Shown one piece after another: positions 1 through 10,077 of a stretch of 64,000 bases of DNA. Each line of letters begins with the position of its first letter. Position 1 is the stretch's first letter. Origin of the DNA: Candidatus Omnitrophota bacterium (GTDB taxonomy: Bacteria; Omnitrophota; Gorgyraeia; Duberdicusellales; Duberdicusellaceae); contig WFRI01000090.1 in assembly GCA_015486615.1 (NCBI GenBank), positions 1,608 to 65,607 on the forward strand. The letters run 5' to 3'. The translations under genes were made by a program, and so were the position numbers. A model generated the notes under the pieces. It worked only from the letters and a program-made list of their open reading frames with translations, had not been told where the DNA came from and searched no databases.

Positions 1-457
1 CTAAATAAGTTAAAGTATAAGATTCTTCCACAGAAGAAGGCGCAAGCACTATTGTCCGGTAATCGCCATGGCCTCCGCCCCGGGTTGCCTGGAAATAATC
101 CGACTGAGACGGCCCGATATTGCCCAGGCCGGGGCCTCCTCTTTGAACATTTACAATCACTGCCGGCAGCATAGCACCGGCTAAATAAGATATGCCTTCC
201 TGTTTAAGCGATATGCCCGGGCTGGAAGACGAAGTCATTGCTCTGGCCCCGGCAGCTGATGCGCCAAAAACCATATTAATAGCAGCAAGTTCCGATTCTG
301 CCTGAATAAAAACCCTGCGGTTTGCCGGCATATTTTTCGCCATAAACGCTGTAAGTTCATTCTGGGGAGTAATAGGATAACCGGCATAAAACTGACATCC
401 GGCATCTATTGCGGCGCGGCCAACAGCGTTATTACCGGCAAGTAATTCTCTCTTCAT
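1..457 (-). CDS. 2-oxoacid:ferredoxin oxidoreductase alpha subunit (VorB/KorA-like), runs off window
   Basis: Manual translation [34 protein letters not shown]...QAESELAA...TSSSSPG...QRGGPGLG; ATG overlaps the ferredoxin stop (ATGA). Confidence 0.92.
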   Translation of the reverse strand, partial: MKRELLAGNNAVGRAAIDAGCQFYAGYPITPQNELTAFMAKNMPANRRVFIQAESELAAINMVFGASAAGARAMTSSSSPGISLKQEGISYLAGAMLPAVIVNVQRGGPGLGNIGPSQSDYFQATRGGGHGDYRTIVLAPSSVEESYTLTYL

Positions 458-663
458 TTCTCCTCCCTGATCTCTATTGCCGTATCCGGGCAGACCTGGA
501 AACATAAACCGCAGCCTTTGCATTCTCTGTCTTGTTTCTTGCGGATAAATTTATAGCCTTTTTGGTTAAATTCACTACCCTGTTCCAACACTCCAAAAGG
601 GCAGGCTTTAACACATAAAAGGCAGGCTTTACACTTTTCCCGGTCAATAATTATTTTTGCCAT
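454..663 (-). CDS. 2x[4Fe-4S] ferredoxin, oxidoreductase delta subunit
   Basis: Two CxxCxxCxxxCP motifs; coupled to the alpha subunit. Confidence 0.92.
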   Translation of the reverse strand: MAKIIIDREKCKACLLCVKACPFGVLEQGSEFNQKGYKFIRKKQDRECKGCGLCFQVCPDTAIEIREEK

Positions 664-2531
664 AATTGGAATTTACACCTGTCCCATTCCTGCATTATTC
701 GGTTAAATATCTTCTCTTCAGAAAGTCCGGCTTTATCCAAAAGAATATTCCGTCTGCCAAAAGTAACAAACTGAGACGGAATACCCAGTCTTACTATCTT
801 CAATTCGCCAAACAATCCCTTCTGCTGAAAAAATTCCAAGACCGCCGAGCCAAAACCGCCTTCTAAAACACCCTCTTCTAAAGTAAAAATAAGTTTTGTT
901 TTTTTGGCAACCTCTTCAAGCAAAAACTCATCCAGAGGTTTAACAAAACGGGCATTAACAATCATTGGATAAATATCCTGCTTATGGAACTTTTCTTTTA
1001 TATTAACAACTTTCTCCACCATTGAGCCTAAAGCCAAAATAGCGAAATCTTTGCCGGGCTCTAATGTTTCTGCTTTTGCCAATTTAATATCCTCAGCCGG
1101 GCCATAATTCCAGGCAGTCTGCTTAGGAAACCGGATAAAGACTGCTCCTTTATATCCTATGGCGAATTCCAGGCTTTTTTCCATCTCGTATCTATCTTTA
1201 GGACAAAGTATTACAGCATCAGGCAAATGTCTTATACAGGCTATATCAAACAAGCCATGGTGCGTAGGTCCGTCTTCACCAACAATTCCTGCTCTGTCCA
1301 CGACAAAAACCGCCTCTGCCTTCTGTAAAAGTATATCCTCTATAATTTGGTCATAAGCCCTTTGCATAAAAGTAGAGTAAAGACAGACAACCGGCTTTAA
1401 TCCCTGCTTAGCCAACCCCCCGGCAAAACTTACCAAATGCTGTTCAGCAATACCGACGTCAAAAACCCTCTCAGGAAATTCCTGTTTTAACTTATCCAGG
1501 CCTGTGCCTTTAGCCATAGCCGCAGTAAGGCAGACTATCTTTTTATCCTCTCTGGCCAAAGCAGTTATTTTTCGGCTGAAAACATCCGTATAGGACTCCT
1601 GAGACGCCGGAATAATCTTCCCCTGTTGAGGAATAAACCGCGGAGCGCTGTGGAAAGTTTCCGGATCCTCTTCAGCCGAAGTATAACCTTTGCCTTTTTT
1701 AGTAATTATATGCAGAAGTTTAGGTCCTTTTAACTTGGCTATGTTTTGCAAAGCCGGCACCAAAATATCTATATTATGGCCGTCTAACGGGCCAAAATAC
1801 CTAAAACCAATTTCTTCAAAAAATATTCCCGGCACAAGCAAGCCTTTCATAATTTCCTCAATGCGCTTAATCCACGGGACTATTTTTTTCCCTAAATGCG
1901 GGACTTTTTCTAAAATAGTATCCACACCTTCTTTTGTGCGGTTATATACAGGCAGGGAAATCAGTTTGCTTAAATAATTGCTTAGCGCTCCCACTGAACG
2001 GGAAATGGACATTTCATTGTGGTTAAATACCACTAAAATATCGCTCTGCAGATGCCCGGCGTTGTTCAACCCTTCAAAACATTCTCCGGAAGAAAGACTT
2101 CCGTCGCCAATCACAGCCACAACTTTTGCCTCTTTATTCTGCAAACGCAAAGCCTCTGCCGCACCCAAGGCTAAAGAAACGGCATTGCCCGCATGGCCAA
2201 CAGCAAAAGTATCGTATTCGGATTCCGGAGGATAAGGAAATCCTGAGATACCTTTATATTCCCTTAATTTATGAAAAACGTTTTTCCTGCCGGTTAAAAG
2301 CTTATGAGCATAAGCCTGGTGCCCGACATCAAAGACTATCAAATCTTCAGGAGTATTGAAAACATAATGCAGAGCCACACATAGCTCCACCGCGCCTAAA
2401 CTGGAAGCAAGATGCCCGCCTTTTTGGGAAATTACATTGATTATTTCCCGGCGGATATCTTCACATAAAACCCTTAAGTCCGGCAAAGGCAGCCTTTTTA
2501 AATCCGCAGGCAGATTGACTTTTTCCAACAT
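651..2531 (-). CDS. dxs: 1-deoxy-D-xylulose-5-phosphate synthase
   Basis: GGHLASSLG, FDVGHQAY, GDG..N TPP motif, GIAEQH, DRAG..GEDGPTH. Confidence 0.97.
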   Translation of the reverse strand: MLEKVNLPADLKRLPLPDLRVLCEDIRREIINVISQKGGHLASSLGAVELCVALHYVFNTPEDLIVFDVGHQAYAHKLLTGRKNVFHKLREYKGISGFPYPPESEYDTFAVGHAGNAVSLALGAAEALRLQNKEAKVVAVIGDGSLSSGECFEGLNNAGHLQSDILVVFNHNEMSISRSVGALSNYLSKLISLPVYNRTKEGVDTILEKVPHLGKKIVPWIKRIEEIMKGLLVPGIFFEEIGFRYFGPLDGHNIDILVPALQNIAKLKGPKLLHIITKKGKGYTSAEEDPETFHSAPRFIPQQGKIIPASQESYTDVFSRKITALAREDKKIVCLTAAMAKGTGLDKLKQEFPERVFDVGIAEQHLVSFAGGLAKQGLKPVVCLYSTFMQRAYDQIIEDILLQKAEAVFVVDRAGIVGEDGPTHHGLFDIACIRHLPDAVILCPKDRYEMEKSLEFAIGYKGAVFIRFPKQTAWNYGPAEDIKLAKAETLEPGKDFAILALGSMVEKVVNIKEKFHKQDIYPMIVNARFVKPLDEFLLEEVAKKTKLIFTLEEGVLEGGFGSAVLEFFQQKGLFGELKIVRLGIPSQFVTFGRRNILLDKAGLSEEKIFNRIMQEWDRCKFQLWQK

Positions 2532-2617
2532 TTTACTTGGATTATGTAATGCCTATTTGAAACCATAAGGAAAACTGCAAAACAATTTTTTCTGTCATTT
2601 AAAATCCAGTGTATAAA

Positions 2618-3406
2618 TTACCCCTTTAAACTAACCCGCTTAATACTTTCTGCCCTGCCAGAACTTTCATCAATATTTACCACCACTGCCTGCATAATTA
2701 CATTGCCCTCAGCTACGTTTAACCTGACCGGGACATTAGTGGTAAACTTCTCCAAAACCTCTTCTTTCCTACGCCCCAGAACAGAATCTTCCACACCAGT
2801 CATTCCCACATCAGTAATATAAGCGGTATAACCTTCTAATATTTTTTCATCCGCTGTAGGAATATGCGTATGAGTTCCTAATACCGCTGAAACCTTCCCT
2901 GCAAGAAAAAACCCCATAGCGGCTTTCTCCGAAGTAGCCTCAGCGTGGAAATCCACAATTATAATCTTACTCTGTCTGCGTAAATCTTCAAGGATATTTT
3001 TTACTGCGGAGAAAGGATTATCCAAAGGCTGCATAAAAATCCTGCCCTGCAGATTTACTGCACTTATTTTAACTTCCCTGCCGGCCAAAATCTTAACCTT
3101 AGTAATTATTCCCCTGCCCGGAGCAAACGGTCCGTAATTCAACGGCCGGATTGCATCCATTGAAGCCAAAACATTGCGCACATCTGTTTTCTTAAAAGTG
3201 TGATCGCCTAAGGTAATTATATCCACACCGGCAAGAAAAATTTCCCGGGCAGTTTTTTCAGTAAGGCTGGAACCGCCCGCAGCATTCTCTGCGTTGGCGA
3301 TAGTAAAGTCTATTCTCTCCTGCTTTAAAAAATCCGGCAACCTTTCTTTTAAAAATACCCGGGCCGGCTTGCCCACAATATCGCCGATAAATAATATCCT
3401 CAACAT
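2618..3406 (-). CDS. ymdB: YmdB/TIGR00282 metallophosphoesterase
   Basis: GDIVG, NAENAAGG, DFHAEATSEK, GTHTH, TDVGMTG; adjacent to rny. Confidence 0.93.
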   Translation of the reverse strand: MLRILFIGDIVGKPARVFLKERLPDFLKQERIDFTIANAENAAGGSSLTEKTAREIFLAGVDIITLGDHTFKKTDVRNVLASMDAIRPLNYGPFAPGRGIITKVKILAGREVKISAVNLQGRIFMQPLDNPFSAVKNILEDLRRQSKIIIVDFHAEATSEKAAMGFFLAGKVSAVLGTHTHIPTADEKILEGYTAYITDVGMTGVEDSVLGRRKEEVLEKFTTNVPVRLNVAEGNVIMQAVVVNIDESSGRAESIKRVSLKG

Positions 3407-3477
3407 AAAAACTGCCTTTTACCAAATTCACGTATTGCCAAAAATTCAATCACCAACAAAAAGCACTGCCGCACTTT

Positions 3478-3550
3478 TTAGATTTAGGTCAAGATTTAGG
3501 TCTGGAAGATTTCTTCAATCTTAATCTTAACCTTAACCTAAACCTAAAAT
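3478..3550. repeat. Hexamer-periodic imperfect inverted repeat
   Basis: Left arm GATTTAGGTCAAGATTTAGGTC, right arm ATCTTAATCTTAACCTTAACCTAAACCTAAA; just downstream of rny. Confidence 0.7.
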
Positions 3551-3560
3551 ATATCAGCCA

Positions 3561-5123
3561 TCACCTCGCATAATCTACTGCCCGGGTTTCCCTGATAACT
3601 GTAATTTTAATCTGCCCTGGATAATCCATTTCATCTTCTATCTTCTTTTTAATATCCCTGGCTAAAACCGTAAGCGCGCTGTCGCCTATTTGGTCGGATT
3701 TAACCATAATCCTGATTTCCCTGCCTGCCTGAATAGCAAAACTCTTTTCCACGCCGGCAAAAGAATCTGCTATTGCTTCTAAACTCTTTAGCCTCTTTAT
3801 ATAGGTTGCTAAAGTTTCCCGCCTTGCCCCGGGCCGGGAAGCAGAAATAGCATCAGCAGCAGCAGCCAAAACAGCATAAATCGACTTAGGCTCAACTTCC
3901 TCGTGGTGAGCGGCAATAGCGTTTAAAACTATCTCTCTTTCTCCGTATTTTTTTGCCAAATCCGCTCCTAACAAAGCATGCGTGCCTTCTACCTGCTGGT
4001 CTATAGCCTTGCCAATATCATGCAAAAGTCCAATTCTTTTAGCCAGCCTGACATCCAGGCCCAACTCTGCAGCCAGGCCGGCCATAAGCAGAGCGACTTC
4101 TTTGGAATGCTGCAAGGCATTCTGGCCAAAACTTGTCCGGTATTTCAACTTGCCTAAAAGCCGCACTAATTCCGGATTTAAATTATGCACATCTACGTCA
4201 AAGCACAGATTTTTGCCTTCTTCCATTATCGACTTTTCAAATTCCTTTTTAACTTTTTCCACAGTTTCCTCAATCCTCGCCGGATGAATCCTTCCGTCAG
4301 AAACCAGTTTTTCCAAAGTTACCCGGGCAATTTCTCTTCTAATAGGGTCAAACCCCGAGATAGTAACTGCTTCTGGAGTATCATCAATAATAATATCCAC
4401 TCCCGTAGCCATTTCCAAAGCACGGATATTCCTGCCTTCCCTTCCAATAATTCTGCCTTTCATCTCGTCGTTAGGCAAAGCCACAACACTGACAGTAGTA
4501 TCCTGCGTATGCTCAACAGCACACCTTTTTATCGCCAGAGATATAATATCCTGAGCGATTTTGTCCGACTCCTGCTTGATTTCTTCAGACCGGCGTTTTA
4601 ATATCTCGGCTTTTTCCTCAACCATTTCAGAGTCTATACGTTTAAGCAAAAGTTCCCTGGCCTGGTCTATATTAAGGTAGGCTATTTCCTGCAGGCGTTT
4701 TTTCTCCTCAGCCAAGAGTTCGTTTAACTGATGGTTTTTCTTTTCTAACGTCTGCTCCGCATCTTTTAACTGGACACGTACCCGTTCTACTTCCGATTCT
4801 TTCTGCTGAAAAAACTCAACCCTTTTTTCCAAATTTTCTTCTCTCTGCAAAATTCTCTTTTCCAGAGCATCCAGATCTTTCCTCTTCTTTTCAGTCTGAG
4901 CCTCAAAATCCACCCGCAGTTTATAAAGCATCTCTTTAGCGTCCAGTTCAGCCTTTCTCTTAATATCCTCTGCCTTCCCCTGTGCCTGCTTTATCAAAGA
5001 CCCTGCTTCTTCTTTTTCCCTTTTCCGGGCTTTTTCCGAGGATTTTGCCCCGAAGAAAAAGCCACAGCCTGCGCCTAAACCTAAAGACGCCAGGATAAAT
5101 ATAATCCCTGCTGCACTGAGCAT
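3561..5123 (-). CDS. rny: Ribonuclease Y
   Basis: N-terminal TM, coiled coil, KH ([13 protein letters not shown]), HD (LLHDIGK). Confidence 0.97.
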   Translation of the reverse strand: MLSAAGIIFILASLGLGAGCGFFFGAKSSEKARKREKEEAGSLIKQAQGKAEDIKRKAELDAKEMLYKLRVDFEAQTEKKRKDLDALEKRILQREENLEKRVEFFQQKESEVERVRVQLKDAEQTLEKKNHQLNELLAEEKKRLQEIAYLNIDQARELLLKRIDSEMVEEKAEILKRRSEEIKQESDKIAQDIISLAIKRCAVEHTQDTTVSVVALPNDEMKGRIIGREGRNIRALEMATGVDIIIDDTPEAVTISGFDPIRREIARVTLEKLVSDGRIHPARIEETVEKVKKEFEKSIMEEGKNLCFDVDVHNLNPELVRLLGKLKYRTSFGQNALQHSKEVALLMAGLAAELGLDVRLAKRIGLLHDIGKAIDQQVEGTHALLGADLAKKYGEREIVLNAIAAHHEEVEPKSIYAVLAAAADAISASRPGARRETLATYIKRLKSLEAIADSFAGVEKSFAIQAGREIRIMVKSDQIGDSALTVLARDIKKKIEDEMDYPGQIKITVIRETRAVDYAR

Positions 5124-5150
5124 AAAATCCCTCCTTTTTAGCGAATCTTT

Positions 5151-5735
5151 TTAAGAACTAACTACGATGTTTACAGGTTCGTCAAATTGCGGTTCTTTAG
5201 GCAGGCCTTTTTGGAGTTGAAACGCAAAACAAATTCCTAATTTTACCGTAGGCTTTTTTATCCTTTTCAAAAGCCGGTCATAATAACCCTTACCCCGGCC
5301 TAAACGCCAGCCTTGCTCGTCAAAAGCAAGGCCGGGAACAAGAATTAAATCCACCTGCTTTAAATCCATAAGTTCAGCCGCATTAACATCCGGCTGTTTT
5401 ATTCCCCATGGTCCGTAAACTAAGTTATCAAGCCCTTTTATCCGGTAAAACTTTAAATCTCCGGACTGCTGGTTCACTACCGGCAGCCCGACGGACTTTC
5501 CTTCTCCAATAGCCTGCAGCAACACCTCTCTTATATCAACTTCTTCTGCTAAAGGGTAATAACCGGCAATTGTTTTCGCTTTCTTATATACCGGCAAAGA
5601 CTTAATTTTACCGCAAACATCTTTACTCCTCCTTTTTAATTCCTCTTTAGAAATACGGGATAAAATCTGCACAATCTTTCGGCGTAAAAACTGTTTCTGC
5701 TCCCGAATATTTTCCTGCTCTATTAACCGCTTCAT
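5151..5735 (-). CDS. 5-formyltetrahydrofolate cyclo-ligase
   Basis: VPGLAFD..G.RLGRGKGYYDR motif. Confidence 0.95.
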   Translation of the reverse strand: MKRLIEQENIREQKQFLRRKIVQILSRISKEELKRRSKDVCGKIKSLPVYKKAKTIAGYYPLAEEVDIREVLLQAIGEGKSVGLPVVNQQSGDLKFYRIKGLDNLVYGPWGIKQPDVNAAELMDLKQVDLILVPGLAFDEQGWRLGRGKGYYDRLLKRIKKPTVKLGICFAFQLQKGLPKEPQFDEPVNIVVSS

Positions 5736-5738
5736 AAG

Positions 5739-6386
5739 TTAAACAACATTTGCCTTCACAGACGCCGGATAAAACTGTTTAGAATAATCCCCTGCCGGCA
5801 AAATCCTTTGTAAATTACCAGCTGTGCCTAAACGCTCATATATTCTAACCCATACACAATCTCTCTCAGGATATACTTCACACTTTCCGTCTTTCACCCC
5901 GCCGCAAGGCCCGTTTAACATGCCCTTAGGGCACAAAGCCTTGGGGCATAAGCCTGCTGTTTCAGCCAAAACACAGTCTCCACACAAAAGACAGGCTTTA
6001 TTAATATCTCCCTTAGATGTAGTTACTCCGGCAAAAACCGTATTGCATCCAGGGATAACAGGGATATTCACTCTTAAATTATCTCCGGCCGACTGAACTC
6101 CCAAGCCGCAGGAAAAAACTAAGACTGCCTGACTTTGTTTTAAAGCCGGCATATTTTTGGCAAATGCCCTGCGCACCGACGCAGCATTACAGCCAACATC
6201 CGGCACACAAGAACCTGTTATCTGCCAGCCGTCTGCTTCTAAAATCCCCTGCCACTGCTCTAAAGCCTGTTCTGAGCCTGTTCCGCAAACCGTAGCACAA
6301 TCCCCGCAGCCGCAGAGAAAAACCCGTTTTACCCCTGACAAAGATTTCTCTATCTCATTTTTATCCTTAAACTGCGTAACTATCAT
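5739..6386 (-). CDS. MTHFR C-terminal-domain (MetV-like) Cys-rich protein
   Basis: MIVT start, GCGDCATVC, CGLGVQ, CLLCGDC, CPKGMLNGPCGG..GKCEV..CVW; start moved to ATG 6386. Confidence 0.88.
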   Translation of the reverse strand: MIVTQFKDKNEIEKSLSGVKRVFLCGCGDCATVCGTGSEQALEQWQGILEADGWQITGSCVPDVGCNAASVRRAFAKNMPALKQSQAVLVFSCGLGVQSAGDNLRVNIPVIPGCNTVFAGVTTSKGDINKACLLCGDCVLAETAGLCPKALCPKGMLNGPCGGVKDGKCEVYPERDCVWVRIYERLGTAGNLQRILPAGDYSKQFYPASVKANVV

Positions 6387-6501
6387 AATTAAAAACCTCA
6401 GGTATAAGTTTATAACAAAAATCCAAAAATACAAGGCTTTTGTTGAGAGGTATAACAACTTGACAGCCAAATAGTTAGATCGTAAGAATATAAATCTTGA
6501 A

Positions 6502-7746
6502 TTAAGGCTGGTAATATTTCTTTTTAGACTTCCTATATTCCTGATATACCCCCTGAGAGTAATTATGCGGGTATTTGTAGCCTTTGCCTCTGCCTAATTT
6601 TTCTGCAGATTTATAATGGCTGTCCTGTAAATGCTGAGGCACTTCTTCTGTCAAGCCAGACTGCACATCCTCCATAGCAGACTCTATTGCTTTGTAAGCA
6701 GCGTTAGACTTTGGCGCTTTTGCCAGGTAAATAGTTATTTCTGATAAAACAATCCTGGCCTCCGGCATACCTATATACTCTACTGCCTGATAAGCAGCGT
6801 TTGCCAACACCAAAGCCGCCGTATCAGCCAGACCAATGTCTTCAGCAGATAAGATAACCAGTCTGCGGCAAATAAACCTGGGGTCTTCGCCGGCAGTAAG
6901 CATTTTTGCCAGCCAATACAAAGCGCTGTCAACATCCGAACCCCGCACAGATTTAATAAAAGCCGAAATAGTGTCGTAATGGTAATCGCCTTTGCGGTCA
7001 TAAACAATATTTTTCTGAGCCAAACAATTCCTAATTGTATCTAAAGTAATCTTAACTCTGCCTTCCCGGGGTTTTGTAGTCATTGCGGCTATTTCTAAAG
7101 CAGTCAAAGCTGTCCGGGCATCCCCTGAACTTTCCAGAGCAATAAAATCCAAAACTTCCGGGGCCACTTCAATTGCCAGCATGCCCAAACCTTTTTCTTT
7201 ATCTGCCAATGCCCGGAGCAAAATCTCTTTTATGTCTTCCGCATAAAGAGGTTTTAGTTCGCAAATAGCTGAACGGGAAGTCAAGGCCGGGCTGATAAAA
7301 AAGAATGGATTATTAGTCGTAGCCCCTACTAAAACAATTGTCCCGGTTTCTGTATCCGGAATTAAAACATCCTGCTGGCTGCGGGTTAAACGGTGAAACT
7401 CGTCTATAAACAAAACTGTTTTTTTGCCCCCTGCCTTCAAACGCGCCCGCGCCTGGCTGATTTCTTTTTTTATTTCACTAACATTAGAAAATGCGGCATT
7501 CAAGATAACAAAATGCGCATTAGTGGTTTTAGAAATTACAAAACCTAAAGAAGTTTTGCCTACTCCGGGAGGGCCGTAAAGGATTAAAGAAGACAACCTG
7601 TCTGCTTCTATGCTGCGCCGCAGGAATTTATCAGGACCTAAAAGATGTTTTTGCCCGGAGAAATCCTGCAAAGATTCCGGCCGCATCCTGACAGCCAAAG
7701 GCAATTTCTGTTTATGAGAAACATTTTCTAAAAATAAATCCTGCAT
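6502..7746 (-). CDS. rarA: Replication-associated recombination protein A (MgsA/RarA)
   Basis: PLA.RMRP, GPPGVGKT, IDEFHR, GATT.NP, SAFIKSVRGSD, YKYPH. Confidence 0.95.
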   Translation of the reverse strand: MQDLFLENVSHKQKLPLAVRMRPESLQDFSGQKHLLGPDKFLRRSIEADRLSSLILYGPPGVGKTSLGFVISKTTNAHFVILNAAFSNVSEIKKEISQARARLKAGGKKTVLFIDEFHRLTRSQQDVLIPDTETGTIVLVGATTNNPFFFISPALTSRSAICELKPLYAEDIKEILLRALADKEKGLGMLAIEVAPEVLDFIALESSGDARTALTALEIAAMTTKPREGRVKITLDTIRNCLAQKNIVYDRKGDYHYDTISAFIKSVRGSDVDSALYWLAKMLTAGEDPRFICRRLVILSAEDIGLADTAALVLANAAYQAVEYIGMPEARIVLSEITIYLAKAPKSNAAYKAIESAMEDVQSGLTEEVPQHLQDSHYKSAEKLGRGKGYKYPHNYSQGVYQEYRKSKKKYYQP

Positions 7747-7792
7747 AATAGACCAAATAGCCAAAGCGGGAATAAACACTTCCTGCGGTAAA

Positions 7793-7949
7793 AATCCCCG
7801 CCAAACGCCCGAAATAGAGAGCTCTTTTTAAGTCCTGTCCTCACACACGTGGGCGCCTGTCTCTTCTGCCGCAGCAAAAGAAAATTCCGGCTCCCTCTAA
7901 ATTGATGTTGGCTTAAAAGTTCATCTCTATTTCGCAGCAGGCAGGGATT
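7793..7949 (-). ncRNA. ssrS: 6S RNA
   Basis: ~157-nt rod: AAUCCC/GGGAUU, CGAAAUAGAGA/UCUCUAUUUCG, UUUUAAG/CUUAAAA, central bubble, apical GGGAGCC..GGCGCCCAC; between pheT and rarA/cyclo-ligase/rny, a typical ssrS neighbourhood. Confidence 0.85.
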
Positions 7950-8035
7950 ATTTTTCTCAACAACAACGTTAAGTTATCTTACCCCAATTAATAAAAAAAT
8001 CAAGCCGCCGTTAAAAAGCGCTTTAGCGATTCTTA

Positions 8036-8086
8036 AGATTTAGGTCGAGGATTGGGTCTAAATTCCCTCAACCTTCACCTAAATCT
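8036..8086. repeat. Hexamer-type hairpin downstream of pheT
   Basis: AGATTTAGGT...ACCTAAATCT arms; shares AGATTTAGGTC with the 3478 element. Confidence 0.7.
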
Positions 8087-8097
8087 ACCCCGTCGGG

Positions 8098-10077
8098 TTA
8101 ACGCAAAATAACCCCGGGCAGGGCCATTAAAGCCCGGCGGACTTTTTCGTGGACAGAATCGACTTCTTCAGAAGTCAATGTCCGGCTGGGATGCTGGTAG
8201 GACAGCCGCAAAGTCATACCCAAAAACCCTGCGGGTAGTTTTTTCCCGGAATAAAAATCTATTGCCTGCCAATTTCGGCAAAGCCCTGCAGCAGTCTTAT
8301 TTATCATCTCTTCTATGGCGGAAAATTCCTGCTGTCTGCTCAAAGCAAAACTAATATCTCGGAAAACCTGAGGGAGCAAGGAAACCGGTCTATATTTAGC
8401 CGGCCCGGCCAAAGTGCAAATCTTTTCAACTTCCATCTCGCATAAAAATACTTCCTGGGAAAAACCGTATTTATCCTTTAACAAGGAATTTAATGCCGCC
8501 AGAAAACCCAGAGATTGGCCCTGGCAGATAATGCCGGCACAGGAAACAAAACCGGGCTTTTCTATTTTTTTAAACTCAGGCTCTATACCTGTTTTTTCAA
8601 GCAAGGTGTGAATTGCTGCTTTCATCCGCAGTATATCTAAAGCCTGAGAAGAAGTCGTGCCTAAACATAAAGATTGGACTTCTCTATGCCGGTTGTTCTG
8701 GCTGAAAAATATGCGGCCCAATTCAAAAAACTTTAGGCCCTCCTGTTTATGGCTTAAGTTGTAATTTAATGCCTTTACCATTCCCAAACAAAGGCTGGTG
8801 CGCAAAACCCCTTCTTCTCTACGCAAAGCATTGGCAAGAAAAACAGGTTCTTTTAAAGAGAAATCTTTTGCCTCGGTCTGTTGGACCAAAGAATAAGTTA
8901 TTATTTCCTGAAACCCGCAGGCATTAAGTTTTCGGCGCAAAAGGTTGTCAAACCTAAACTCCGGGCTGGAACTCTTGCGGGAAAGCAGAGGAAGATTAAC
9001 CGGAATTTTACCATAGCCGTAAATACGGGCAATTTCTTCAAACACATCTTCTTTCGCCTGCAAATCCCTGCGGAAAGCCGGCGGGGTAAATACAATTCTG
9101 CCGGCACTGCTTTTTACTTTACCGCCTAAAGAACGCAGGATTTTTTTAATTCTGCCTGCAGGCACATTCAGGCCTAAATGCCGGACAACCTGCCGGGGAG
9201 AAAAAGATATTGTTTTAGACTTAGGAACAGATATTATTCCGGACTTTACCCAGCTGGCCACCTTGCCATGGCAGAGGATGCCAAACATTTCGCAAGCCTG
9301 CCTAAATGCCTCAAAAGTATATAAAGGGTAAACATAGCGCTCAAACCTATAAGAAGAATCTGTGCTTAAGCCCGCTATTCTTGCGCCCCTGCGCACGACC
9401 AAAGGGTTAAATATGGCGGCCTCTAAAAATATATTCCGGGTATCAGAAGAAATCTCTGTTTCCTTACCGCCCATTATGCCTGCCAGAGCTATAGGCTTTT
9501 GCGAGTCTGCTATTACTAAAACTTCTTTTGCCAATTTCCTCTCTCTGCCGTCTAAAGTAATTATTTTCTCCCCGTGCTCTGCCCTGCGCACAAAGATTTT
9601 TCCAAAAGAAATTTTATTATAATCAAAAGCGTGTAGAGGCTGCCCCCATTTAAGCATACAATAGTTAGTAATATCCACAGCATTGCTGACAGGGTTAATT
9701 CCACAGCCTAAAAGACACTTCTTTAGCCAGCCGGGCGAATCCTGAATTTTTACTCCCTCTATTAAAGCGCCCAAATAAAGCGGGCAGTCTTTTCTGTCAG
9801 TTACAGAAACTCCGGAATAAACAGATTTAGGAAGTCGTATTCTTGCCGGCTTAAGTCTGACCTTTTTGTCCAGCAAAGCCGCTGTTTCATAAGCCAGGCC
9901 AGCCAAAGAAAGCCAGTCGTAACGGTTAGTAGTTACCTCTGTTTCTAAAGAAACTGCCTGAGATGTTTCCTCTATATTAACCACTTCTAAACCGGCCAGG
10001 GTTAATTTATCCGCCAGTTCCCGGGCACTGATATTTATATCCACAAACTCTTTTAAAAATTCAAAACTAAACTTCAT
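8098..10077 (-). CDS. pheT: Phenylalanyl-tRNA synthetase beta subunit (short form, no B2 OB domain)
   Basis: EVTTNRYD, DITNY..GQPLHAFD, SSYRFER, EEIARIYGY, C-terminal FDX-ACB; 659 aa. Confidence 0.95.
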   Translation of the reverse strand: MKFSFEFLKEFVDINISARELADKLTLAGLEVVNIEETSQAVSLETEVTTNRYDWLSLAGLAYETAALLDKKVRLKPARIRLPKSVYSGVSVTDRKDCPLYLGALIEGVKIQDSPGWLKKCLLGCGINPVSNAVDITNYCMLKWGQPLHAFDYNKISFGKIFVRRAEHGEKIITLDGRERKLAKEVLVIADSQKPIALAGIMGGKETEISSDTRNIFLEAAIFNPLVVRRGARIAGLSTDSSYRFERYVYPLYTFEAFRQACEMFGILCHGKVASWVKSGIISVPKSKTISFSPRQVVRHLGLNVPAGRIKKILRSLGGKVKSSAGRIVFTPPAFRRDLQAKEDVFEEIARIYGYGKIPVNLPLLSRKSSSPEFRFDNLLRRKLNACGFQEIITYSLVQQTEAKDFSLKEPVFLANALRREEGVLRTSLCLGMVKALNYNLSHKQEGLKFFELGRIFFSQNNRHREVQSLCLGTTSSQALDILRMKAAIHTLLEKTGIEPEFKKIEKPGFVSCAGIICQGQSLGFLAALNSLLKDKYGFSQEVFLCEMEVEKICTLAGPAKYRPVSLLPQVFRDISFALSRQQEFSAIEEMINKTAAGLCRNWQAIDFYSGKKLPAGFLGMTLRLSYQHPSRTLTSEEVDSVHEKVRRALMALPGVILR

